A DNA stretch of 64,000 nucleotides from contig NMRA01000049.1 in assembly GCA_002633005.1 (NCBI GenBank), positions 511,189 to 575,188 on the forward strand. Reading direction: 5' to 3'. The notes beneath the pieces are model-generated. The model was given only the letters and a program-made list of their open reading frames with translations, searched no databases and was not told the DNA's origin. Position 1 is the stretch's first letter; the number at the start of each line of letters is the position of its first letter. Source of the stretch: Phoronis australis (taxonomy: Eukaryota; Animalia; Phoronida). Of this stretch, positions 50,075-63,029 are shown in pieces. A program made the translations under genes and the position numbers.

Positions 50075-50564
50075 CAGGCCTTTATACAGCGTACGTCCTG
50101 GGCGTCCATATGGATGCCCTAGCACTAATCTGGAGGCTCTGGCAAGGATGCCCAATGTATCATTTGGACGCCCACTGTCAATAGGAACCTTTCAAGTTTG
50201 GACTCTGTAATGAATACTAGGAAGACTCTGAAGGCTTACAGTGGGGGGCTATTTTTTCAAAGCAGGAAGAAATATACAATGTATATACAAAGTATATACA
50301 ATGTTGCTATGCTCACACTTGGTTGATAGCATTGTAAAAGTCTTGGTCTACATTTTTTTAGTAAAAATGCTCACTACAGAAGGCTGTTTTGTAAATTTGG
50401 ATGTAAAAACCTTGGTTTATGCATTGTTTTTGTAAAAAAATCTGTGTGTTTGGGGTGATTGCTGGGGATACGTGGGGGGTTTTCGCGTTGGAATCATGGA
50501 CGCCCTGGAATATTTGGAACCCCACTTTGGACACCGTATTTTCGAAATCCTGGATAAAGGCCTG
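50075..50564. mobile_element. hAT-like MITE
   Basis: TIR CAGGCCTTTATACAG versus reverse complement CAGGCCTTTATCCAG; 8-bp flanks TTTGTATG and TATGTATG (7/8). Confidence 0.65.
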
Positions 50565-51855
50565 TATGTATGTCTGTTGATTACTTCTGCCTTGCACCAA
50601 CCTTTTGGTTAGAAGTAAGGTGTCTCAAGTGGGGCAAGCTGGACTAGTTTTTAGCCTCGTCTACTCACAGCCTGCCCTATAACAACTTAACTAATAACTG
50701 GGGTAAGGCGGAAGTTGTCTTCTTTGTATATGCAACTGAAGCTGATAATTACTTCCGCCCTACACCACTTTTGCCACTTAAGTAGCATCCAGATAGCCTC
50801 CAAGCCTAGCAACAACTCTTCTAGTTGTAACTTGTTCCAGGGCAAGTCTGTGTGTGGACAACGCATTACACCGCGTAACCATTAAAATGACACTAGTTAA
50901 TGTGCAACAGCTGACAATGGGTTGAGACAGAGCAATGGGTGTTATCTTCTCACTGTGTTACTAGTTTCTGTATTTCTGAACAGAAGGTGGCAAGGCAGTA
51001 TCACCACCAGCCCTTTCTGTTGCGCATTCATCATAAAATTTATAATAGCTGGGCCCAGACATTGGGCAAACTGGCATGATGATGCAACCAAAGGTGTAAA
51101 TGGAATTTGACATGTAGCATGAATTATCACTTTGGTTTTAGATTGTTATCTTGTTCTATGTCAAGCTCCTTTAAATGCAAATTGGTATCAAACCTCTTGT
51201 GTAACACTGATAATAGACAACCAAATTTAAGTGCCATTCGCAGGCAGACTTGCCCTTGAACAAGTTACTCCTGGAACAAGTTGTTTCCAGGTTTGGAGGC
51301 TGTGTGTTTTAAACTAGTGTAACTTAACCCACTTGTGACAACTTACTCCACCTTAGGTGGGGTGACCAATGTTCTAGGGTAACTTGTGCCACTTCTAATC
51401 GCTATGTGGCTGCAAAACTGGGGCAAGGCAGAAGTAAGCACGCAGCGACATCTTACGCCTTGCCCTAGTTATTGGATATGTGTGGGTGTGTGGGTGTGGG
51501 TGCATAAGCCAAACATAGGAATTGACCCAGTAGAGTATTTGCGCTATATCGGTTTTGAATCTGCGTATATTGCAAAATATTGCCCCACTCCTTGGATGGG
51601 GAAGTGTAGGACTACGCAAACAACCAGATGGTTTCCAACCTCTAATTTGTGATGTATTCAGAAGCAGTTCAATTTAGCAGCATGCTTATCTCTTGGGACT
51701 TATCTTCTAGAGGCATTCCATGGTAACTGCAGCATTTGGGCTCAATGTCATTAGACATTTATAATCAGTTTCTACATGGAATTGCAAGGCCATTGTCTCC
51801 AGGTGTAGGATCGAGAATTGGATTGTGTACATCCTCATCTATGTTTAAGTGCCGT

Positions 51856-51905
51856 CCACGCACACGCACACACACACACACACACGCACACACACACACA
51901 CACAC
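51856..51905. repeat. (CA)n microsatellite, imperfect
   Basis: Read directly. Confidence 0.95.
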
Positions 51906-53096
51906 TTAACCTTAAACAAGTTACTCAGGAACTGGTTGTCTCTTGGTTAAGGCTGCCTGGATGTTTTTTTTTTCATAAAAGACCAGTGGCAATAAATTAT
52001 TGCTTAATACTATTTCAAGTTTTGTACCACATAAACCATAAAAAATATTTTGAAATATTGTTGCATGCTGGCAACAATGTTTGAAGCACTTGAAAAATAA
52101 AAAGGGCAATTTTGGCAATTATTTTTCAAGGCTTGGAATTAAATTTCCTCTTTAAGAAATGTCCTCTTTTTTGTTTCAATTTCCTCTTATTTGATTTCCA
52201 GTTTCCTCTTTTATTATCTCTTTTTTATCATTACTTTTACTTTATTCATGCAAAAAGATATTTCACTTAAATTTTACATCACAAAAATATTTGTATCACG
52301 CAAGCCTATTTATTTGTTGAATGATACATCACCTGAAAAATTTTTCTCTTTTTGTCATTGGTCATTTCAAGCCCTGTTTTTTTACAATAGCGGTGAGTAA
52401 AAACTGCTGTTGACTTTGGATTACCGTCAATTTCCAATTGAATGTAGACATGCTTCCTTTGTTGTACTCTATTCCATGGCTAATGAGAGTACTGATAAAG
52501 CCAATATCTGTCATTATGTTCTGGTTTGAACGAGCCCCTATGGGATTTCAAGTGCATTCAAACATTCTGAATCCTGTTATTGGGTGCTGGTAAAATCAAG
52601 AAAAATGATTACCAAGTTCATTGATGGGCTTCTGACGTTGTAAATCCCACTGTTTCTGAAATTATAGTCAGTTATTGTCAGTTGGTACCAGAATGTGTAA
52701 TTTTATGTACATCCTAAATTCTTGAAGTTTTTATGTTTACCTTTGAGAGTATGTTTGCTGAACTTTTACTCATTTACTCATTATATGTGCAACTATAACT
52801 GCCCAGTTGCATTTAGATGTGTAATGGAACTAGAGCAGTTGATCGAGAGCAACTTGCTCTACGTGTACGTCTTCCGCGGTATCAATTTGCTCTGTGCCAG
52901 TCATGTTTACACACACTCTTACGCTGGATCATCTGTTCCTCGTTAGTTGCTCCATGACAATTGTCTCCCATGTAAACGCTACTATTTTGTGTCTTAAATT
53001 GGTGAGATTTTATCTTAGTTTCTGTAGGCCACTGCCTTTTGGCTAAAGTGCTGTCCTCACACAAGCTTACCTTAGTGAGTATTGTCCAGACGTTAA

Positions 53097-53768
53097 ACTA
53101 GCACAACTTACCCCAGTGGTGACAACTTATTCCACATTATTGAGGTGGGGTAACTTGTTCTGGGGGTAACCTGCACCACTTGTAATCGCTATTTGGTTGC
53201 CAAAGTGGGGTAGGGGTAGTACCGGGATTTTCCGTAGATAAGCCCATGGGCTTGTATTCGGAAAATGAAAAATTTCAGATGTTTTAGTAACACCAAATAA
53301 ACGCCCGGGAATTTATTCGGAAAAGGGGGATGTTTAAACGGAAAGTCACAGGTTTCTTGACTTTGACACTTAAAATGTGTTTTGAAATTCTATGTTAATG
53401 CAGTAGTTCGTTATCACTGTGTTCATTTTTGTAAATGATAGATGCTACACAAAACTGAACTTGTGACTAAAAGTTGGCTTTTAAGAGGAAATTTTCCAAA
53501 TAAACACCCCAGTCTATCTGGACACTTGACACCTCAAGTTGTTACACCAAGTAAAAGCCCATGGAGGTTTCATTGGAGTGGGCTTATCTACGGAAAACCC
53601 TGGTAATCATCAGCTACGTTTGCATTTATACAAACAGTTTTCTTTTGCGCCGCCATTCTCTCATTAGGTGTTCATTGTCACTCACAGAGCGACAACTTCC
53701 GCCTTGCCCTAGTTATCGGACTTATGTGTGTGGACGCTTCACTTAAAAGTGGGGTAAGTTGCACTAGT
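53097..53768. mobile_element. TIR repeat (ACTAGTGCAACTTACCCCA ends) hosting the nested MITE; related copies near 49905-50010 (inverted), 50625-50840 and 51313-51485
   Basis: ACTAGCACAACTTACCCCA ... TGGGGTAAGTTGCACTAGT inverted ends; internal sequence aligns by eye with the copy at 51313. Confidence 0.7.
53222..53603. mobile_element. MITE with 25-bp TIRs and TA target duplication, nested in another repeat
   Basis: CCGGGATTTTCCGTAGATAAGCCCA versus reverse complement CCAGGGTTTTCCGTAGATAAGCCCA; TA on both sides. Confidence 0.88.
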
Positions 53769-54394
53769 GGCCGGACTTAACAATAGGCATGCTTCTCTAT
53801 CTGAGATGATCTTGTGTATTAGTGGGTGTTGTCTATCAATATAACCAGGTCGTTGCTAGGCTGATATCAGAAGGTTGGAAGGCTTGGTCTTAGGTTGATG
53901 CAATAAATTAGCCAGGTCAATCAAGAGGTTTTTTACTAGATTTTACTCAAATATGTTTGGCAGGACGTGATTTTTTACTGGTTAATACATAAGAGCGCAC
54001 TTATGTCTAGGTTGTATATCAAAGATATTTCAGTCTACATCTCGGGTAGTTGTTTCCTTATTTTCCCATGTTATGGCACTGTTAACACATAGTCAGGGAT
54101 GTTCCAAGTTTATGGACTGAAATGTCTAGTACCTTATTTTTAGGCCATTTCTGCATACTCCCATATGTAAGATATTCCCAGGATGTATCGTATACTTTGT
54201 GAGTGACAATTTTATAAATAATTCAGGTGAAAATGAAATGGGACATATCACAAGAATATTAAAAGTATGATTGCAAAATGGACAAATATGTATCTTGATC
54301 GACATAACGATGAAATCTCACCAATTCGAGACGCAGCAAGGCGTTTGCGTGAAATTTTATCTTTTCATTTTTTCCACAACATGAATAGTTTTCT

Positions 54395-54540
54395 GTGTTC
54401 AAGTTGAGTACCACGGCTATCGCCGAGGGAATAGTTTGGAAAAGTGTCGTCATCCTTGATAATGCTAGAAGCCCTTGAAAAATGAAAAAGTGCAAATTTA
54501 GCAATTATTTTTGTCCGAAACTGGTTAGATTTTACGGAAA
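54395..54540 (+). repeat. Old interspersed repeat; diverged copies near 1130-1245, 52012-52130, 59830-59895, 63755-63900, and inverted near 34040 and 60960
   Basis: Recurrent AAAAAGTGCAA..TT.GCAAT.ATTTTTGTCC.AAA.TGGTGAGATTTTA motif. Confidence 0.7.
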
Positions 54541-56908
54541 TCCATTAATGTTCAAAAGAACTCAATATTGCGCTTGTTTATTTTTACTAAATTTGGCTTG
54601 GTACCAAAATCTAAAATGTCTTCATCAATTTTGTGTTGGATGGCTCAGTGAAGTGGGGTTCTGGAGGGAGTTGTCTTGAAGCATGGTCACAAGTAACTGG
54701 AGGGCACCTATTGTAAAAATTGGTGTATTTCATGGTGCTTGAGTGCCATGAATTCTCAAATCAGTCCTTAAATTGTTATTTTGATTTTGATAAATTGTCT
54801 AATAATTGGATTTATTGTCTGTTGGCCTAATTTTTACTGGTGATATTTTTGGCATTTTTGTAAAATTTTCTGTTACAGACCAGGTGTTTTGTCTAGTCAC
54901 ACTCACAGTTAAACAGTAGGTGAGAGACTGAATTCTCAAGAATGATTAGTAAGTTCAACATGTCCACTTGGTCAATTAAACTGTAGTGAGGCCATAATGT
55001 TCAATCCAGTCAAGTTTGTGGTGTGTCACCCCATTGCAGGCTGTCATATGCTGGCTGCACTAGCTGTGATGTTCTGTGAAATCTAATGGCTATCACTGCT
55101 TGTTGAATTCATGTTGCAATGCATACACTCCAGGAGTATTGATTAGTCAGACTGACTCTGGCAGTTGTGCAACACTGGGGCAGTCAAAGCAAACAATGGA
55201 ATGTGATTTATGTTTTGTTATTGCTGAAGAAATATCTTATGTGTTGTTAGTTTTGTTATCTACACATCATGCTGAAAACATTCATGAGAAAGATAGTGGT
55301 CTAAGTTGCAAAAAATAGCCCAGCTCAGTGTGTCCTGTGGTAAATGCACTTTGTCTTGTCCGAAATGTTTTCCCCAAACTAGACATTTGCAAAATCAGCG
55401 GTGAAGAAAGTAGTGTCATTGGTCCATTGGACATAGACAAAGTAGATCTCATGTGTAGTCACAGCTTGTTACAAATTTTTACCAAAAGATTTGGAAATAA
55501 TGCCTGATAACTAAATGGTTTTCATAGTTAGCGGCATAATCATTTTCCAATATGACGACAACATGTTGAAAATTGGTGGGAGACTAGATGATGACAGAGT
55601 ATGTTTTGTGTAAACGTGCAGCGCCACCTACAGTTTCTATGTTAATTGGATAGAGGTTTTGAAACAGTGTAATTTCATAGCGTTTTTAAAAATTCTTTGC
55701 TCTTACTATGTCATGAAATCACCATTGTTTTGGAGTGAGCGTGAGCTTCAAATGATTCAGGTAAAGTAAAAAACTTTTGCTGAATGTTCTTGAATGAAGC
55801 AATTCGTGTTTCTTCTTCGGAAACGGAATTTGAAATTGGATCGAACAGAAGTTATTTTTGTACCTTTGCAATGCCGAGGAGTTGTATGTTGTCTTAAGGG
55901 ACTGTTTTGAAATATTAGACATGCTATTGATTCAAAGTTCTTTCTTTCATAAAAAAATATTTAGACTAAAACTGTAGACTTGACAGGCTTATTGTGAAGC
56001 ACGATGCTTGTGTGGTATGTGTTTTCATGAACTTTGACATCTGGCCTTTAATCTTTCATCTTTGACCTGAGTGAAAATGCTCCCACAGGTAATCACTGTT
56101 TACTCAAACATAACCAAAAATCACAGGGGAGACCATTAGACCTTTGGTGTGTTTTTAAGTGTGACCTTATAATAGGTTTATTTTTAGGCAATAGACAGAA
56201 AATCTCAGAAAGCTGCATTTATGTGTTTAGTATCACCTGTTGATGTGTTTTATGCATTTAGCTAATATCTGCATTGCTGTATTTGGAATTATCAAACTTT
56301 CCCACAGCCTCTCCCTGCGGTATGCTGTTCAGGAATTGTGTTCTGTCATAGGTGTGGACCTGATGCATTCATGTGTAAACTTAATCTGAAGTTATGCTGT
56401 CTGTGTGCTGGGACACTCCACCTAGTTATATTGTTTGTGGACAACCTGGTTATAGTTCACCTTTATTCATTTCCATTCAACTTGTATGACTGGTTGACAA
56501 GAGCTACTGGGAGTTTGGTTTCACTTCCTGGATGTGTGAACCCAGGTGTTCTGCCTGTGCAACTTTCTCTGGGAAATCCAGATTTCTTGTGCTGTTTGTC
56601 AACTGAGTGATACCAGTGTACCCGGAGTATTACTGTTTGCTGTCTGTCCCGCCTAGGACCCTCTGTTTCTCCAAGGCTAAGTGAACAGGATTTGACATCC
56701 ATGGAGGCTTGAATTATGCAATCCACCTTTAAGTGTCACTGGTGACCCTGCAGTTGGATTGTGCAAGAGGTTTAATATCAGACAATACCTGTACCTCTGT
56801 GTCCTGTAAACCTCAGCAATTACCTGTAGCAGAGGAGCGCTCTTGCTGGGTTGAACTTGTTGGATTTTTCTTTTAACTTTGATTGGAGTATCAAGACTGT
56901 GAATCACC

Positions 56909-57269
56909 ATGTCAGGTCATGAAATGAAAGAGATCGTCGTTGTCGATGATACTACTAAGGGGACTGTCATCAAACTTGGTGGTGATCACGATGACCCTTC
57001 AGGACCTGTTATCACCAGTCATCCTATATCAAAAACTAAAAGTGGGCCACCAACTTTTACCCCACCCCCTCCCCCAAAAGACGCGCCACCCCCTCTAGAG
57101 GAAGATGTGAAAGTTAACGGGGATGTTCACCCGAAACCTGTGACAGTCGAGGATGTGCATCTGAAAAACAATTACCCTCCCACAGTCAATGGGTTGGCTC
57201 CGATAGGGTTCGAAGGTCAAGACAACCCATCCTATGTCATAGAAGAAAATCCTCCGCTCGCTCCCATTG
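56909..57269 (+). CDS. Gene 3, putative alternative first exon C (proline-rich N-terminus)
   Basis: caccATG context; 120 codons MSGHEMKEIVVV...PPPPPK...LAPIGFEGQDNPSYVIEENPPLAPI + G|gttggt (phase 1). Confidence 0.8.
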
Positions 57270-57589
57270 GTTGGTATAATTGTTGTTGCAATGCATTGGG
57301 CACTGTTTTAATGATGGGAGTAACAGTGTTTTCACCAGGCTTTTTGAGCACGGCGCCTTTCCACAGGAGTCCGCACTCGTATTTTGATGCCTCCTCGCTT
57401 AAATATCGACTACCGTGTTCAAACTGTGAGCCGTGTTCATTGTTTGATAGTCACATTAGAATTGTAATGGCAGTATTGGCGGAAGTTTCACTGTAGTGCT
57501 CACTGCCACAAAAGTTTTCCAGTTTAAAGCTTCTGTTTGTAGACATGATTAAAAATTATTAAACTTTTTTACCTGTTTTTTCATTGAAG

Positions 57590-57724
57590 GGTTTGAAGGT
57601 GTTACTTCTGTGCCCTCCTCAGAACCGCTGTACCCCAGGTTGGATGGGCCTGGATCAAACGCGACCCCTGCGGAAGTAGACATGACTTCTCTGTCTGACG
57701 TCAATCCGACGGCTTCAGAAGCTG
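57590..57724 (+). CDS. Gene 3 shared second exon
   Basis: gttttttcattgaag|GG TTT GAA...; encodes (G)FEGVTSVPSSEPLYPRLDGPGSNATPAEVDMTSLSDVNPTASEA; donor G|gtaagt; 135 nt, phase 1-1. Confidence 0.8.
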
Positions 57725-58664
57725 GTAAGTTTGAGGTGGTATATTGAGTTTTGTTGGTTGTCTATCTTGAGCCATTTGGTTTAAGCTGTCTCAACAGATG
57801 GCAGCAGGGCAATGTCTTGTAGTCTATTAAACACTTCCATGGAAGTTTATACACATTTTCCATTAGACTTCAGTGTTTACTGAAGGAATGTAGCGAGTCC
57901 AGAGATCTGGAATATTAGGCCTAGAGCTGGGTTGCATGAATAATCGCTCTTCACAATTTAGATTTTTGTGTGAAATCAATAACCTGCTGGTAAAGGATTC
58001 CACTGGCGAATCGAATCTAGAATGCCGTAAGGATGGGAAAGACCCAACCACAATGTCAGAAAGATTAATGTCCAAGTAGCCGCTAAAACAGCATCCAGTC
58101 CTTTCCATTGTGTTTTGTCCGTAGGAAAGCTTTTGAAGTTGTGGTATTCGATATTGTTATTATCCAACGATGAAGTTTGAGCACAGCCACTTTTGGGGCT
58201 TATTCACAATGTAAAATGCACCAGAAGCAAGTGCTGATACACTCTTCTCGTTCTCTGCGTTCGTATTATTGCTGGGCTAAGCACCCAGTTAAAGAATGGG
58301 ACTACGGGCTTGAAAATGTTGAAAATTCCTGCTTTCTGGGGGCAACTTAGTCGTTTTGCATCTCAAGATGTGTTTTTGTGGGAAATGTTCGTAATTTGTT
58401 TATAATCACAAGTGTGAGTGAGGTACAGATGAAATGAACACTGAGGACCAGCATTTTACTTTGCATTTTTCCTTCAATGAATTAATTTCCAGAATAGAAA
58501 TGAGCCTTGGTAATACCACAGCATATTGGATAACGTTTGCAATTTTCACATTTGCTAGACCTGTTTAATAATTATTTTTCTATACACTTATACTTGAAAA
58601 CCATTACTTTGTTCCACCGTGTTTTATTTTTTTCTTGAGATACAATTTTTCACCATTTCATAAG

Positions 58665-58745
58665 CAAAACATCCGGTGGACTCCAAATTTAGAAATGCAG
58701 CGTACGATAGCACTGGAGACTCCATTAATTCCAGTGCTGGGCCCG
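58665..58745 (+). CDS. Gene 3 candidate internal exon
   Basis: tttcataag|CA AAA...; open frame (A)KHPVDSKFRNAAYDSTGDSINSSAGP; donor G|gtaagt; 81 nt, phase 1-1. Confidence 0.6.
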
Positions 58746-61004
58746 GTAAGTGAGCTCTGGACAGATGCCTGTTCAACTACAGCTTGGCTTACAGGCTGAA
58801 ACATGGTTCAGTGGCATCTGAATTGCATTTGGAAATCCACCCCCCAGATTTGTCAAATGTTTGATATACGTATTTTTATTGACCCGGAGGTGTGGAAAAG
58901 CATTGGAAAAGTCTGTTATTTCTGACTAGTCCTGTGAAATCAAGAAAAAGTGAAATATTCTGTCGTCACTTGCTTGCAAGCATACCAAAAATTCAGTTTT
59001 TTGAAGATATCAACTTTTGCTGTTTGTGTCTTGACTTGTTCTCTCTTAATACTGCTGCTGCTGACAACTGAATTATGATTTCTGACCTCTGTATTTTCAT
59101 TACATTTCAACAAAATGTGAAAGTGATTAAAAATTAATCATTTATCTCGCCTGATGTTTGATGATTGTCTCTTATTAGTATTCCAAAGTTCTAATGAGTT
59201 ACCGTATCGTAAAACCCAAATCTCTGCAGAGTTTTATTTTATCACGGGATTTTTGCACGCATGTTCAGCTGAAGCTAATGAAAAACAAGATGGTGGTCGA
59301 CTATACTAGTGATAAGATCTGTTCTCACTCCGCTGTCTTGCGATTTTGGATTGTGGCCATGCATTTTGCTGTCGCGGAACCATGTTTCACATGAAACTAT
59401 TGCTTGTGGGTAAGGTTACTTATCAAGTGCCTGGATTACTTGCTACCAGCGCTTTATTGTCCCAATTGGAACGGTAAGTGTGGCGTATCCGCTGGCATCG
59501 TTATACATGCACCCTTCCAGTCTGTAGGACCGCATCATCACTGCACCCTGTTATTCTCCTGTGAACTATTAAAGCCCTCTGCTTTGATTTTTTGATTCAT
59601 GCTCGACAGTGCGTATTGAAATGTCATTCATGATACCATTGGTGAGCAGTGTTATGAACTTTTGTCACGTCATCCGTAACCTCATAGGTTAACATCTCGC
59701 CAATTTAGGACACATCATTGCTGACACGTGAAATATTTATTTTTTCATTTTTTTTGTGAAAGATAAGTAACACCAAATCAATGCTGTGCCATGTTACAGC
59801 TACTTTCTGAGATCATTCTGAGAAGTTTTGAAAAATAAAAAGATCAATTTTGACAATAATTTTTGTCCAAAATCGGCGAGATTTTACCATAACTTACAGT
59901 TTACCTTGAGCTGTATTTCACTCCTGTTTAGCGGTGAACGTTGAATCCATATCGTGATTAACACTCACTCAACCGATCTTGACTTATTGTCCAGTGAGCT
60001 GCCTTCCCAAGTCACAGGCATTGCATACATTACACGCACAATTTTTGAAAAAGCAGTTTTTAAGATGCTTTCGTCAAGCTCTGATGGTTTCCATGTTCTT
60101 GTTGGTCGTGGAAATGGGAATTCCATCACGGTAAGGAGAGCTAGTAGATCAATTTTATGATAGTAAACTGCCTAATTCGATTTTCCTGTTTCATACAGCT
60201 AAACAGGGCGAAATGTCGCATCAATGGTGATGAGAAAGATACTAAATGAACAAAAACAGCACTAGTCCTGGTATCCAACAGGTGCAAAAATTTACAAGAA
60301 ACGATGGACTGTTTTACAAAGCAACACTGTATCAAGTGTAAAAGTTGAGGAATATCATTACTCATAATGAAAATCTCATGTTTAACCGAGGCTTTAAATT
60401 TTCGTTTAGAAAAAAATCAATTTGAAAAGGTGTGACTAGGTATAGGTATTAAAATCTTTCTCACTGTCTTGTGATCCTCAGAATCATTTGGTCTAATAAT
60501 TAGTTGATGTTCTACAGTCTGTCAAACTGTTTGGTGGCTGTGAAATAACGCTGTGGCTTCGTGGCTGGCGGTCAAATCACGTGCAAGGACTAGTGGGGCA
60601 TCTGTGATTGGCTGGAATTTTTTTAGAATTTCATATCACATCAGTCTCTATCCAATCACGTGTTTTCATGCTGTTCCGTACACATGATTTGACCACCCGT
60701 CATTTTGTTTACGGGGTCCAACATTGGATACAGGGTATTTATTGACAATGGTATTTTTGTGTTAATGAGTTTGGCTTCTGCTAATTATTCCTATGTCTTG
60801 ATTTTAGAAACACATTGTGTCCTTGGGTACAATGAGATTAGAACTTAACAGAAATTGCTGAGTTTCACTACCCTGTGAAACCCATCAACTGCCTGTATCA
60901 AATGTTTTTACTGATCTTGAAACTGACTTTGAGACTGCTCTGTTTTGTTTATGCATTACGGTAAAAATTCTGCAATTTGGGACAAAAATAACTGCCAAAG
61001 TTAC

Positions 61005-61132
61005 CAGGGCTGTAGTGGGGCGTAGGCGCAGCCAACCACTTTTTAGCAGCACTGCAAGTTACGTTCAGTGCTCAAGGTGATACAGTGGGCTTTTGGTGCC
61101 TACTTACCTCTAATTTTACCACTACAGCACTG
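61005..61132. mobile_element. Short hAT-like MITE inserted in an older repeat
   Basis: TIR CAGGGCTGTAGTGG versus reverse complement CAGTGCTGTAGTGG; 8-bp flanks AAAGTTAC and AAAGTTGC (7/8). Confidence 0.72.
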
Positions 61133-62026
61133 AAAGTTGCCATATTTCAGAGGCTTCCCACACTTCTGTAAGCACTGGAAATTTTACCATATGTTGTTTC
61201 AATTTTGGTTATAGCTATTGCATACAAACCATGCTGAAAGCAAAATAAATTTACCTGAAAAGTTATTTTAGTTGAGAAATTTGATGAAATGAAATTTTAA
61301 TTACCTTTGCGCCATATTGTGTCCCAAACGGAATTTTTACCTCAAACCTCGTTAACACTACAACTTTTGGACTAAAAGCACGCTGCTACTTTAAAAAAGC
61401 AACGACACATCTCACCATCATTGATCTCAATTAACCTCACGCTGGATGCTGGTTGTCACTCCTTAAGTTTTCATTACTGACTAATACGGGTAGTTCTGTA
61501 ATAATGAATTCAGTAGATATTCCACATCTAGCACACAAGAACAACAGGCGTCACCTATTGGCAAAACAGTCACCCGTGCAGCCAATGTATTGTTTTTTGA
61601 AAGGCTGCACAAAGGCAAATGAGCAAAGGAAAGCAAGGTTTGAAACGCCATGATTTGTGAAGCGATAAATTAAAAAAATCTTACATTCTTTTAGCTAATT
61701 ACAGTTGAATTTGCTTTTTGATATGCGGGCAAATAAAAAATACCTCACCACTAACTTGATTTAAAAAATCTAAGGCTAGAACCAACTCTGCCTTTTTGAC
61801 CTTTACTGTTGATTTTGTGATTACAAATTTTGACCCAATATAATTTCTCATGGAGAAGTGCCTGGCAAGAGTGAGAACCAAGATGGCCGAATCTCCTGGA
61901 CTACCTGAGTATGATGAAGTCACACTTTCAATCCCTATGCGCTAGTAGACAATGCACTGCACTGCACTGGACTCTTCACTCTACTGGACACCATGCTATA
62001 ACAGAAACTAAATACTACACTCACGG

Positions 62027-62095
62027 TATCGGACGATATGCTGTGTTGGACGATATGCTGTGTTGGACGATATGCTGTATCGGACTATATGCTGT
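62027..62095. repeat. 17-nt minisatellite, about four units
   Basis: GGACGATATGCTGTGTT-type unit repeated. Confidence 0.9.
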
Positions 62096-62966
62096 AACAG
62101 ACCCTACATTATACCTAAAATTACGCTGTATCGGATGCTGTGCTGTATCCTATACTCCTGCCCATTCAATAACATGAAAGACTTCAGTGAAATTGAGCAT
62201 CAGTGACATCTTTACTAAAAATTTTCAAAAAAATCTTTTACGGTATTCTCACACCCAAAATAATTTACCAACATCAATATTTTACCGTTCTGTTAATTCG
62301 TACATGGTCTCATAAGGTCAAGAACACGAAGTAGCTTACGGGGAGACCAAGAAAACGGCATAAAAATGCAAAATCTTGTTTCATGATCATGCATGCCAAA
62401 ATTGCCCTTTCACGGGTCAAAAACCATGCTAATTTGGAGAATCAGTTCTGCGCAGAAGTTTTGTCTCAGGATAGTGATAATCCTAGTAATCCATATGTCT
62501 TTGGGGATTTGAAATCCTGCTCTGCATCTCCTGGTCCTTACATGAACATGCCTTAACTCTTAATTGAATTTAGGATTGACAATTCTATTCAATTCGTACA
62601 GTAGTTGCTGCGAATTGTTTAACTTTCTGTTCGTTTTTGCATGGGCCTTATGAGATTTCCAGCCATTCTGCTTATTTAACACATCCCCACCTCATGAAAT
62701 AACTAATTATTTAATTTTATGCTTAATTTTGGAGTGATTACTGTATGAGCTTATTCACCTTTGTAACTTTAAATTCATTTAAAAATTACATTTCTTTTAA
62801 GTCAACAACGACACATTTTTAGTTAACACTTTTCTTAATGCTGATTACAATTTTCACATCGGTCATTTTCAAAATAACGATTCATTTGCCTACTTGGTTT
62901 GGTGCTTGCTTGGTGCGACTGCATCCTAACCTCCAGTTTTAGAGAGTGCTGTTTGCTGGTTTGTAG

Positions 62967-63029
62967 GTTTCGGCGCGTCTCATAAGGAGACCGAGGGTGT
63001 GGCTCTGCTTGGTGTCAAGAAAAGATCAG
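62967..63029 (+). CDS. Gene 3 candidate internal exon
   Basis: ggtttgtag|GT TTC...; open frame (G)FGASHKETEGVALLGVKKRS; weaker donor G|gtttaa; 63 nt, phase 1-1; GC-richer than its flanks. Confidence 0.45.

Noticed and set aside
57270-57496. C-terminal 75 aa of the 195-aa ORF 56909..57496
   Set aside because: Composition changes abruptly after PLAPIG. A phase-1 donor at 57269/57270 joins cleanly to 57590, so this is most likely intron read-through.
59449-59478. Strong donor CG|GTAAGT near 59472 as another gene 3 exon
   Set aside because: The upstream frame (ALYCPNWN) and acceptor are unconvincing, with no supporting motif.
61883-61945. aagATGG-initiated mini-ORF MAESPGLPEYDEVTLSIPMR as a fourth first exon
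   Set aside because: It ends in a stop, has no good phase-1 donor and lacks the IGF motif.
56909-63029. Naming gene 3 (anoctamin was considered, since human SHANK2 lies near ANO1)
   Set aside because: Only low-complexity N-terminal exons are in the window and no diagnostic domain is visible, so no symbol was assigned.
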